Origin: an uncultured archaeon
GTDB taxonomy: Archaea; Asgardarchaeota; Heimdallarchaeia; Heimdallarchaeales; Heimdallarchaeaceae
Length of the DNA stretch: 39,107 nucleotides
NCBI GenBank assembly: GCA_964549075.1
Contig: CAZJUB010000019.1
Span: 1 to 39,107 of the forward strand
Direction: 5' to 3'
Shown: positions 18,100 to 27,107 of the stretch, one piece after another
How positions within the stretch are numbered: the stretch's first letter is position 1
How the letters are laid out: the number at the start of each line of letters is the position of its first letter
Notes under the pieces: generated by a model
Told to the model about the DNA's origin: nothing
The model's input: the letters and a program-made list of their open reading frames with translations, nothing else
Databases searched by the model: none
Position numbers and translations under genes: made by a program

Positions 18100-19308
18100 T
18101 CACTCTAAGTATAAACTTTTTTCCTTTTCGATACCTTTTGTTGCATAGAAAATTAATCCTGCTATTAGAGCTATTATTAGAGCTAAATATATTATTATCT
18201 CAAAGCTAAACTTACCAGAGATAATTAATAACACTGATCGATAACACCAATAAAATGGATCAATAATTAAAATACTTGAAGCACCTACTGGATTTGATAC
18301 AGCTACAAAATAGAAAAACATAGCCAATCCTATTGATAATAGTGGACTAATCCTCTCAGAAGCTTCTCTTGTTATATTACTATCTATTGCCATTGTAATT
18401 AACGTTGATATTAGTAAAGCTAAAACACCGAATATTAGAATCAGAATAATATCCCAAGCGTTAAGTAAATTTAGATTTAATCCAAAAATATCGAGTAAAC
18501 CTTCAGAACTTGCACCTGTTAAACTTGTTGCTGCAATGATACCTAGAACATATGAAAGTGTAGAACCAAGTGAAGCAACTAAAGCTGTTATTGTTTTAGA
18601 TATTACTAAATTATCATGTTTTTTGGTGTAGGATAACAGAATCTCCATTGTTCTCATTCTTTTCTCTCTGGCGAATCCAATATTGGAATACGAACCAGAA
18701 TTTAGAACTATCAGTAAAAAGATCATATAACTAATAGGCATAGCTACTGCTGCTGCTTTAGAACCTAGAAGTTGTTCTCCAGGTAGAGAGGTAGGGGGTT
18801 CATCTATTGTTTGAACAACAGGGAGAGTTCTATTAGCTAAAATTGTAGCAATAACATTTTGAGTAATTGAATAAATAGTATTAAAAATGCTACTAGAAAA
18901 TAAAGATTGTGTAGCATCTACAGTAAAATAAGTAGGAGAAGAAGTATCTGAAATAACTAAGTACGAGAAATTAGAAGGAAAATATATCCCGAAATTTTCT
19001 GTGGCTTTTACTGCTGAAAAATTAGAAACAGTCTGAACTTCAATTGTTTCATCAAGTGAGTAATATGCAGTTATATTAGCAACTACTGAATCACCAACAT
19101 TGACATCTAAATAGGTTTGATCATCACTACACACAAGTAGAGTCATCTTCTGTTGAGAAGTAAATAACGAAGGTAAACCAATTAATATAAACATCAATAA
19201 AAAAGGACCTCCAAATACAATAATAGCAACTCTTTTTCTAAAGAGTAATCTCAAGTCTTTTTTCAAAAGTGTTTGAAGCTGCTTAGATTTTTGTTTTTCT
19301 TTTTTCAA
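18100..19308 (-). CDS. ABC-2 type exporter permease (NatB-like)
   Basis: One N-terminal TM, an extracellular loop, then five TM; EAA-like AREKRMRTMEILLS; 4-nt overlap with the ATPase gene. Confidence 0.85.
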   Translation of the reverse strand: MKKEKQKSKQLQTLLKKDLRLLFRKRVAIIVFGGPFLLMFILIGLPSLFTSQQKMTLLVCSDDQTYLDVNVGDSVVANITAYYSLDETIEVQTVSNFSAVKATENFGIYFPSNFSYLVISDTSSPTYFTVDATQSLFSSSIFNTIYSITQNVIATILANRTLPVVQTIDEPPTSLPGEQLLGSKAAAVAMPISYMIFLLIVLNSGSYSNIGFAREKRMRTMEILLSYTKKHDNLVISKTITALVASLGSTLSYVLGIIAATSLTGASSEGLLDIFGLNLNLLNAWDIILILIFGVLALLISTLITMAIDSNITREASERISPLLSIGLAMFFYFVAVSNPVGASSILIIDPFYWCYRSVLLIISGKFSFEIIIYLALIIALIAGLIFYATKGIEKEKSLYLE

Positions 19309-20144
19309 CTAGTTCCCTCCATGAAAAATTGGCTATTGCTGGTTTTTGATCCAAAAGCATTCACTATTGCATCTTCGAAATCTTGTGTATCTGGAGCAAA
19401 TTCATTAATGATTTCTTCTTTTTTACCTTGGAAGACTAATTTACCTTGTTTTAAGATACCACAATAATCTGCTAGTTCTTCTAAATCTGACACAATATGT
19501 GATGATAGGAGAATTGTCTTTCCTTGTTTTTCTACTAGATATTTTATAATTGACCTAATATATTTAGCTCGTGCAATATCTAATCCTGATGTTGGTTCAT
19601 CAAGTATCAAAAATTCCTTGTCTGTTACAGCAGCCATGATGAAACATATTGATCTCTGTTCTCCTCCAGATAGCTTAGAGAAAGGTTTGTTGAGTAATTC
19701 ATTTGAAATATCAAGAGTCTTAAAATATTCTCCTAACGTAGCTTTTACATCTTGATATGAAATATTATTTAATTCAAGTATAAAGTTAATATTCTGCATC
19801 GGTGTTAAATCATAATAAGCAGCAGAAACTTGAGGTAGTATTCCAACCTTTCCTCTAATTGTTTTAGGTTCTTGGGCTACATCTATTCCATTTACTAATA
19901 CCTCTCCAGAAGTAGGTCGAAAAAGCCCTAAAAGCATTCTGATAGTAGTGGTTTTTCCTGCCCCATTTGGTCCTAAAAGTGCATAGATTTTCCCTTTTGG
20001 GATCTTTAAATCAATTTTATCTACAGCTAAGAAAGAATCAAAGTATTTAGTAAGCTGTTTTGATTCCACCATTAAATCTGACATCAAGTTGTTTTTACTA
20101 TTAATGCTATTAAAACTATTTTTATTTATGAAATTGTCGTGCAT
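19305..20144 (-). CDS. ABC transporter ATP-binding subunit
   Basis: GPNGAGKTT, LSGGE, LILDEPTSGLD and SSH. The likely true start is ATG at 20084. Confidence 0.95.
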   Translation of the reverse strand: MHDNFINKNSFNSINSKNNLMSDLMVESKQLTKYFDSFLAVDKIDLKIPKGKIYALLGPNGAGKTTTIRMLLGLFRPTSGEVLVNGIDVAQEPKTIRGKVGILPQVSAAYYDLTPMQNINFILELNNISYQDVKATLGEYFKTLDISNELLNKPFSKLSGGEQRSICFIMAAVTDKEFLILDEPTSGLDIARAKYIRSIIKYLVEKQGKTILLSSHIVSDLEELADYCGILKQGKLVFQGKKEEIINEFAPDTQDFEDAIVNAFGSKTSNSQFFMEGTS

Positions 20145-20185
20145 ATGGAGTATATTTTTTATACTCTATGACTCTTCTTTAACCA

Positions 20186-21163
20186 ATGAATCCTAAATAT
20201 GCCATTTGTGGTACTCGTAATGCTAATGTTGGTTTACCTGCTGGCTTAAAAATACTGAGAGATGGAGGTAGTGCTCTTGATGCTGTTGAGGAAAGTATCA
20301 ACTTAATTGAGGATAATCCATATGATATTACTGTTGGTTTTAATGGTTTTCCGAATCTTCTAGGAATTGTAGAATTAGATGCTTCAATTATGGATGGTAA
20401 AACTCGACAAGCAGGATCAGTAGCAGCAATAAGAAATTTCCGTCATCCAATTAGTATTGCAAGAAAAGTTATGGAAATATCTCCTCACGTCATGTTAGTA
20501 GGTGAAGGCGCGGAAAGATTTGCAAAAGCTTTAGGATTTGTTGAAGAGGAAATCATAGATGAATTAGGTATTAGGAATTATCATAATATTATAGAAGGGA
20601 GGAGTTTAGAAATGCCTAAAGAAGCACAAACCTTGGTTCGAGAGCTTTTTATGAGGTTTGATGATCATCTTAGGGAAGTTATGGAAAGGTATGAAGTAAA
20701 AGATTGGTATAGAAAACTAAGTTTTGAAAAACACGGTACAACTAATGTAATAGCTCTTGATCAAGAAAACAACCTTGCTGTTGGAGTTTCAACTTCAGGA
20801 TTGGCAATGAAATTTCCAGGAAGGGTTGGTGATTCGCCTGTATTTGGAGCAGGAATATATTGCACAGAAACAGTAGGTGCAGCATGTACTGGAACAGGAG
20901 AACTAGCTATTCGATTATCAACTTCCAGGTTAGTTGTTGATAGATTTGAAAGAAATCTTTCTCTAGACGAAGCAACAAAATCAGGCATAACAGACCTTTC
21001 GAAGTTAAAAGAAGAAGGTGTTCTTCACATTCTATCAATGAATAATAAAGGTCAGTGTTCAGCTTATACCAATAGAGAAGGAATTTTTCATTTCTTTGCA
21101 GATTCAAATATGGGAGAAATTGAAAAAAGACAAAGTAATTTTTTAAATCTTAAAAGGAAATAA
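20186..21163 (+). CDS. Type-2 asparaginase family Ntn-hydrolase (isoaspartyl peptidase / glycosylasparaginase)
   Basis: ELDASIMDG, HPISIARKVM, autocleavage site HG/TTNVIA, STSG, GRVGDSP and TGTGE. Confidence 0.93.
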   Translation: MNPKYAICGTRNANVGLPAGLKILRDGGSALDAVEESINLIEDNPYDITVGFNGFPNLLGIVELDASIMDGKTRQAGSVAAIRNFRHPISIARKVMEISPHVMLVGEGAERFAKALGFVEEEIIDELGIRNYHNIIEGRSLEMPKEAQTLVRELFMRFDDHLREVMERYEVKDWYRKLSFEKHGTTNVIALDQENNLAVGVSTSGLAMKFPGRVGDSPVFGAGIYCTETVGAACTGTGELAIRLSTSRLVVDRFERNLSLDEATKSGITDLSKLKEEGVLHILSMNNKGQCSAYTNREGIFHFFADSNMGEIEKRQSNFLNLKRK

Positions 21164-21184
21164 AAAGAAATGGTAAGAAACGTC

Positions 21185-22897
21185 TTACCAAGGCCATTGA
21201 ACTAAGAAATAACCTGATAAAACAAAATGTAGAAATTCTTCAAGAATTATCAGACTTATTAGAGTAATTAAAACCCATGTACAAATTTGTAAAATTCGAA
21301 AACCTTTGTCGTCCACTTTTAATGCAATCAGGATAAAAGCTATAGGTATTAATAGCATCACTACAATAATTATAGCTTGGAGAATCAAGGCTGATGGATC
21401 TATTAATTGGAAATTATATTGTAATGCTGCGAATAACGATATAACTGTAATAATATAGAGAAGTAACTCAAATCCTAACAAGTAGATAAATGAAGTAAGG
21501 TACATCTTTACATTTTTTAATTCACGATTTGTTTTCATATTCTTACTGATAAGGAATATCAGTTGTACTGAAGTGGGTACGACAATTAAAACACTTATCC
21601 AAGTGATCAGCATTATAACCATTTTGTTTTCTGTTGTGAAATATCCACTTGAGAGTACTCCACTCATAACATATTGTGAGATGATAAATATTACAGTTGG
21701 TAAGAGGATAAGTCTTAATGTAACAACTGGAAGTTCTTTTGTTCTAATAGTTGGAGGTTCAATTTCTTCGTTTTTAACTGGTTCAGAAATTACCTCAATT
21801 TCTTCTCTTTCATACTTAATCATTGAATATTGGAATGAGATCATTAGAACTGAGACAAATAACATAGCATCTTGTGGGAACATATTCCAGGGAATAACAA
21901 AAGCAAAAATTAAAATGGAAATAAAAAGTGAAATCCACAAACTATTTACTAGAATTATACTTGGTTTTTTATCAATATCTCTGTCTTTTGATTTTGGAGA
22001 TATTTTTTGTGTAAGTTGATTCCACCAGATATCATATTTGTACTTAGCTCTTCTAAGAAGATTCTTCTCTTCGATGAATGTTGAAACTCTTTGGAATTCT
22101 TCTTCTCTTGCTTCTTGTAAAGTTGTCTTTTCTCTAATTGTTTTTTTAGTAGTAATTAACACAACAATAACAAGGAAAAGAAAAACAAAAGGATAAACAA
22201 ATCCATATGATGATTGTGTATAATTATATCTTAAATTTGGTTCAGAGATAATCCTGAAAAAACCGATTATTATTTCTAATGTCCAGAAGTAAGTTGCTGG
22301 AACAAATGATAATACTATCAATCTTCCACCTAATCTTGGCGAATAGTCTGGTTTTGAGTTGCTCCAAAAAGCAAAGGTCATTGCAAGGATAACTAAAACT
22401 GCTAGATACATTGCTTGTTGTCCTATAATGTAACCATAGTTCACTCTTGAGCTAATTAAAAATAGACCAAAACCTGAAGCTATAAAAACTAGAATTTTGA
22501 GAATACTATAAAACATATTTTTTAGTATAAACTTTTGCTCTTCCTTTGTGTTAGAATCTGCTTGTTGATATCCTACTTCTTCAATTTTCATGTTGAAATC
22601 GTTTTTAGCTGTATATAATTGAGGTGTAACTCTAGAGAGTAGGAATAATGCTAAAGCAATCATAAATATTCGAGAACCAAAAACTAGAAATTGAATTGTA
22701 AATGTAGTACTGTCTTTTAGAGGATTTGAAAGTAAAATAAGTGTAGGGATTCCAAAAATAAGAGTGCAAGCAAACATGACTTTAAACCAAGAAGTCATAG
22801 ATGAGGCTTTCTTCAAAGCATTACCAAGTGCTTCAAATCGTTTTCTCTGAGAGATTAATGCGTCTCTTGATGTATCTGCAGTTTTCATAATGAACAA
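21185..22897 (-). CDS. Uncharacterised polytopic membrane protein (about 13 TM)
   Basis: Long ORF with many hydrophobic segments separated by charged loops; no motif recognised. Confidence 0.7.
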   Translation of the reverse strand: MFIMKTADTSRDALISQRKRFEALGNALKKASSMTSWFKVMFACTLIFGIPTLILLSNPLKDSTTFTIQFLVFGSRIFMIALALFLLSRVTPQLYTAKNDFNMKIEEVGYQQADSNTKEEQKFILKNMFYSILKILVFIASGFGLFLISSRVNYGYIIGQQAMYLAVLVILAMTFAFWSNSKPDYSPRLGGRLIVLSFVPATYFWTLEIIIGFFRIISEPNLRYNYTQSSYGFVYPFVFLFLVIVVLITTKKTIREKTTLQEAREEEFQRVSTFIEEKNLLRRAKYKYDIWWNQLTQKISPKSKDRDIDKKPSIILVNSLWISLFISILIFAFVIPWNMFPQDAMLFVSVLMISFQYSMIKYEREEIEVISEPVKNEEIEPPTIRTKELPVVTLRLILLPTVIFIISQYVMSGVLSSGYFTTENKMVIMLITWISVLIVVPTSVQLIFLISKNMKTNRELKNVKMYLTSFIYLLGFELLLYIITVISLFAALQYNFQLIDPSALILQAIIIVVMLLIPIAFILIALKVDDKGFRILQICTWVLITLISLIILEEFLHFVLSGYFLVQWPW

Positions 22898-23003
22898 TTT
22901 GTAAATCCTTTAAGTGTTTATAAATTGTTCTGTTTCCTTCTAACTGTATTATAGCTGACTGATTTTCCAAAATTTAAGAAGAAAACAGCAAGAAATTAGT
23001 AAA

Positions 23004-23753
23004 TTAAACCTTTTTGTAAAGAGATAGGTCATCTATTGCTTTTTGAAGTTTTTCAATTGATTTAGCAAGAACCATATTTCCTTTATCTATTGAAATACCT
23101 TCTAAACTACCTGCAATGCCAGAAGATGAAAATTGGTCAGTTCTAGAAGGGAGATCCAAATTTCCAACTTTTTTCCCCCATTCTTTTGCAGAAGTTAATC
23201 CAGCTAATTTCTCTTCTCTAGCTAATTCAGGTCTTACAGCCCAAACAACTGAAGTTTCGATAGCATCAGCATGTATTGCCTTTGAAACATTAAAAACTGA
23301 TTTAATTATCTCTTCATCTTTCCACCATTCAAACAAAGTACAAACCATCTCTTCAATATCATTTAAATCTGCAATTGTATTCAAGATTGAGGACGTGTTC
23401 CCTCCGTGTCCATTTACTACAATTACTTTCTTAAATTCATGATAATTGAGAGAAAGAAGGATATCTTTAACCAGCTGTTCAAGAATTGATCTAGATGTCC
23501 AAAGTGTTCCAGGAAAATTTCGGTGATGTGAGGCTACACCTATAGAGAGGGTAGGCAGACAATATGCTTTTGTTGATTGAAAAGCTGCTTCTCTAGCTAT
23601 ATGCTCTGCAATTAAAAAATCGGTTCCAAGAGGATTTTGTGGTCCATGTTGTTCTGTGCTACCTACAGGTAAAAGAAAAACTGTCTTTTCTTTGTTTAAT
23701 TCTTTAATATCTGCCCATGACATTTCATGAAGCAAATGGGTTTTTAAATTCAT
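23004..23753 (-). CDS. Creatininase / ArfB-like amidohydrolase family
   Basis: LPVGSTEQHG...GTD, HHRNFPGT, VNGHGGN and HADAIETS. Confidence 0.92.
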   Translation of the reverse strand: MNLKTHLLHEMSWADIKELNKEKTVFLLPVGSTEQHGPQNPLGTDFLIAEHIAREAAFQSTKAYCLPTLSIGVASHHRNFPGTLWTSRSILEQLVKDILLSLNYHEFKKVIVVNGHGGNTSSILNTIADLNDIEEMVCTLFEWWKDEEIIKSVFNVSKAIHADAIETSVVWAVRPELAREEKLAGLTSAKEWGKKVGNLDLPSRTDQFSSSGIAGSLEGISIDKGNMVLAKSIEKLQKAIDDLSLYKKV

Positions 23754-23842
23754 AACTGAAAAATATTGTCTATCTTTAAAAATGCTTTCTGAGAATTGTT
23801 ATAACTCCACAATTTTTAAATGCAAGATTTACCATGTAAATT

Positions 23843-24379
23843 TTGTCAATGCAACAAAAAGATCAAAAAACTACAAAACTAAAAAGGGAGTTTCAGCAAT
23901 TAGAAAAAATAGATTCAAGAAAATCAGACTTAGATGACAAAATATATGCTTGGATAAAACTGATTGGAGGGATTTCTAATTCTGATAGGGTTTACATCTA
24001 CTTTTTCACTAAAGATGAAAATGGTTATGTTATTGCAAATAATACTCACGAATACTGTAAAAAAGGTATAAATTCAGTAAAAGAAGAACAGCAAAATATT
24101 CCAATTGACCTTTTTCCATTTTATAAAAGTGTTGTATATGATAAACATGAAGTTGCGTGGATAAATAGTATAAATGATCTTGATAAAGAAGCAAAATCAA
24201 TGAAAGAACTCATGGAATTTCAAGGATTAAAGAGTATTTTAGCTATTCCAATTCCTGGAGAAAAAACTCCAATTGGTTTTATAGGTTTTGAAACAGTGAA
24301 GAAGGAAAAAAAATGGAAGGAAGAGCATTTGGAACTCTTGAAAAAAGTTGCTGAACTAATCTCAAAGAATATGATATAA
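23843..24379 (+). CDS. Stand-alone GAF-domain protein
   Basis: DRVYIYFF...NTHEYC...QGLKSILAIPI...IGFIGFE...W.EEHLELLKKVAELI. Confidence 0.85.
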   Translation: MSMQQKDQKTTKLKREFQQLEKIDSRKSDLDDKIYAWIKLIGGISNSDRVYIYFFTKDENGYVIANNTHEYCKKGINSVKEEQQNIPIDLFPFYKSVVYDKHEVAWINSINDLDKEAKSMKELMEFQGLKSILAIPIPGEKTPIGFIGFETVKKEKKWKEEHLELLKKVAELISKNMI

Positions 24380-24406
24380 AAAAACAAAAAATCTAGTTTT
24401 TTAGAT

Positions 24407-24420
24407 AGAAAAGCTTAAAT
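24407..24420 (+). promoter_or_regulatory. BRE/TATA promoter of tRNA-Pro
   Basis: AGAAAAG-CTTAAAT ends 28 nt upstream of the mature tRNA 5' end. Confidence 0.55.
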
Positions 24421-24448
24421 CTAATTTCATTTGATAGCAAATAGTAAA

Positions 24449-24556
24449 GACCAGGTAGTCTAGATTGGTATGATACATGCTTGGGGACTTGTTAAGGATT
24501 CGTCCACCAAGCTATCATGCATGTGATCGAGGGTTCAAATCCCTCCCTGGTCACCA
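24449..24556 (+). tRNA. tRNA-Pro(GGG) with a 31-nt intron at 37/38 (24487-24517) and encoded CCA
   Basis: Acceptor stem GACCAGG/CCTGGTC-A-CCA; D arm GTCTAGATTGGTATGAT; anticodon stem CATGC/GCATG with loop TT-GGG-G|T; T arm GAGGG-TTCAAAT-CCCTC. The splice structure is a relaxed bulge-helix-bulge (TTGG/CTAT helix, then CTTG/CAAG). Confidence 0.92.
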
Positions 24557-25968
24557 TATTTTCTTTTCTTTCCAAATTGTATTAAAGCTCTAATGATAAA
24601 TCCAGAAATAATTATTGTTAATAGATTCAGTCGTAAGCTCATAGCACTTGTTTCTCCAGGATAGTGAGTTGTAGATGGGTAAGTTCTAGGTTCTACATTG
24701 ATTTCACGATTATTTTCAATATTACTCCAATCAGCTGATATGATTGCCAACAAACCATATAGACATGACTCAGGTGTTACATCAGATAAAATCCTATCTG
24801 AAACAAATCCTTTTGCAGTATAGAAATGGGTTGTTGTAGCATTTCTTATTTCATTACCAACTATATTAAAATTCAACAATTGTGATATCATCGAGAAAAA
24901 TGATTGATTTTCGATAAGTATAGTTACATCTGTTTTGTTTAATTCATGTACTAACCAATTAGAATCAACTAATTCAGTTATAACTTTCTGATGAACATTT
25001 GAACTACTTACGGGGAAGTAGAAATTTGCTATATATTTCTCCATTCTTGATAGACTAAGAGCAGTAAACATTAGATCTTTTGATGTAGATAATTCTGAAC
25101 TAATACTTACCTTATAATCATATTGATGATAAAATGATTGTGAATAAGGAATATAGAATCTACTTTCTATTCTATCCATTAAGCTTTGAACTACCGTCTT
25201 CAAATTCCAGTTTATTACATTTTGATCACCAGTTAATAACATATATGTAGTTAAGACTGAAATTGCTAAAGCTTGGTCAGCTAAATAAGTAGTATTAGTA
25301 CCTTCTGAAACTACATAGAAATATGACCAAATATTATACTTTAGAAAGTTATTAAGTGTTGAATTAATTGCTAAATCAATTGTATTCAAACTAATTTCAT
25401 AAGAAGAATTAGATAATACATAATAGGCCTGCAGTAAAGCGTATATTCCAAGAAACTGGTAAAAAGCTGATAATTTAGAGGTTCTTTCATTATAATCAAC
25501 AAATGAATTGTTTTCCATTATCTGTAATATAAAGGAAATGGTGTGCAATATTGAGTCTTCTTTAGGAATAAATTCACATTCTACTAACATGGAATTTGTT
25601 AGAGTACTTAAAATTATAAGCTCTGAACTTGTATTTTGAGAAACAAGTTCATAAACTGGTAAACCACTTTCAGTTGTGAAATTTGAGTCCAAAATATCGA
25701 TTGTATCTAAAATCGTATCTGTGTATGGATTAATCAGATCAGGTACTGGTTGGTAAAGGAATGCAAGAAAAGGAGTTGTAACAAGAAGAATTGAAAAGAA
25801 TATAACCCATCGCTTGTTATCCTGAATGAAATAAGTAAGTTTTCTCTTAGGTTTCTTTCCTTGCTTTAACTTCTCAATATTCTTTTTTGAATCTTGAAGA
25901 TAACTTTGGATTTTTTGAAGTTCATCCTTTTTTAATTTATCCTCAATATTCATTTTCATCATTCTCAA
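24535..25968 (-). CDS. Uncharacterised two-TM protein with a large extracytoplasmic helical (alpha/alpha barrel-like) domain
   Basis: Basic N-terminus, TM WVIFFSILLVTTPFLAFLY, sequon-rich middle containing YLADQALAI, C-terminal TM plus KKRK. The start overlaps the ATPase stop. Confidence 0.7.
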   Translation of the reverse strand: MRMMKMNIEDKLKKDELQKIQSYLQDSKKNIEKLKQGKKPKRKLTYFIQDNKRWVIFFSILLVTTPFLAFLYQPVPDLINPYTDTILDTIDILDSNFTTESGLPVYELVSQNTSSELIILSTLTNSMLVECEFIPKEDSILHTISFILQIMENNSFVDYNERTSKLSAFYQFLGIYALLQAYYVLSNSSYEISLNTIDLAINSTLNNFLKYNIWSYFYVVSEGTNTTYLADQALAISVLTTYMLLTGDQNVINWNLKTVVQSLMDRIESRFYIPYSQSFYHQYDYKVSISSELSTSKDLMFTALSLSRMEKYIANFYFPVSSSNVHQKVITELVDSNWLVHELNKTDVTILIENQSFFSMISQLLNFNIVGNEIRNATTTHFYTAKGFVSDRILSDVTPESCLYGLLAIISADWSNIENNREINVEPRTYPSTTHYPGETSAMSLRLNLLTIIISGFIIRALIQFGKKRKYGDQGGI

Positions 25969-26723
25969 ATTAATTTAGCTAGTTTAGTTATAACTTCAAT
26001 GAATTCCTTCTGTACTTCTTCCTCAAAAGCATAGATTTTTTCACTTAGCATATTGAAATAAGGTACTTCTATATAATGATTGAACTCTTCCTTCCCTAAT
26101 TTCTTAAGAGATGCTAAATTTTCCTCAAAAATGTGTTTATCATCTTGTTGGCCTTCTTCTTCAATTTTATTTATTAACAAAATCATTTCAGTTTCTCTTC
26201 TTAACATTGAATAAATGTTAGTACTAAGCTCATCTATTCCAAGAATATTTGATGTACTAGGATTAGCTACAACTATAATTACATCTGAAATCATCATAGA
26301 ATCTATTGATCTATAAAAGAAACCTGGAATCGTATCAATCATCAAGAAGTCATAGGTTTTAGACACAGATTTTTGTAATTCAAACATTTTTGTGAGGTAT
26401 TTTGAATCATCTTTTGATAACTGATCTCTCTGTTTTGAATGTTGTTTTAAAAATTCCATCGATGAAAACACAAGATCTAATTGTATCTCTTCACCTAATC
26501 GACATGGAAAGACTATTTGTGAAAAAGGTTTGTCATTTAATAGATAATTAGATAGTGCAACCAGTTTATCAATCTTGAAATATGATTGAAATGATGGAGC
26601 CCTTAAATCATAATCTATTGCTAATACTTTTTTTCCATTTTTGGCAAAGTAACCTGCAAGATTTAATAAGAAGGTTGTTTTACCAGTACCACCTTTATAA
26701 CTATGAACACTTATAGTTTTCAT
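25965..26723 (-). CDS. MinD/ParA-family ATPase
   Basis: Deviant Walker A KGGTGKT, A' motif IDYDL, Walker B MIDT, and INK. Confidence 0.93.
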   Translation of the reverse strand: MKTISVHSYKGGTGKTTFLLNLAGYFAKNGKKVLAIDYDLRAPSFQSYFKIDKLVALSNYLLNDKPFSQIVFPCRLGEEIQLDLVFSSMEFLKQHSKQRDQLSKDDSKYLTKMFELQKSVSKTYDFLMIDTIPGFFYRSIDSMMISDVIIVVANPSTSNILGIDELSTNIYSMLRRETEMILLINKIEEEGQQDDKHIFEENLASLKKLGKEEFNHYIEVPYFNMLSEKIYAFEEEVQKEFIEVITKLAKLI

Positions 26724-26724
26724 C

Positions 26725-27084
26725 TTAATTACTCTCCTTTATAAAGTATTTAACTTCTGTGCCTCGCTTATGAGGATTATCTTTTGTTGATTTGGAAACA
26801 GGAACACGTTTTCTATCTAAAAACCCCAGGTCATGAAGTCGAACCAAATATCTAGATTCCAGATTAAAAGCTCTTCCTGTCTCATCTGCAACTTCCTTGC
26901 AAGTTGCTTCTTCTAATTTTTGCACTGCAAAATAAGTTTCTAAATGAGATTTAGGAATCTTAGTAAGTATATCCAAAGAAGAAATTGGTGATATCTCTGT
27001 TCCTAAAGATTTTTCAATATTTTTTAACCTTGAATTCATCTCTTCTAATAATTCAATCATTTTTTCGAAATACTTCTCACTCAT
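26725..27084 (-). CDS. Winged-helix DNA-binding protein with N-terminal coiled coil
   Basis: ATCKEVADETGRAFNLESRYLVRLHDLGFLDR HTH plus an extended basic wing. ATG 27084 lies about 24 nt downstream of CTTTATAT (the ORF track starts at 27099). Confidence 0.8.
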   Translation of the reverse strand: MSEKYFEKMIELLEEMNSRLKNIEKSLGTEISPISSLDILTKIPKSHLETYFAVQKLEEATCKEVADETGRAFNLESRYLVRLHDLGFLDRKRVPVSKSTKDNPHKRGTEVKYFIKESN

Positions 27085-27107
27085 TAAAGAGGTATACACA
27101 TAATAGA

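Noticed and set aside
24480-24486. Reading the tRNA anticodon as TGG
   Set aside because: The D-arm and variable-loop register places CATGC at positions 27-31 and GGG at 34-36, and only that register gives a BHB-like splice site.
24487-24517. C/D box guide RNA inside the tRNA intron
   Set aside because: The intron is only 31 nt and contains no C or D box.
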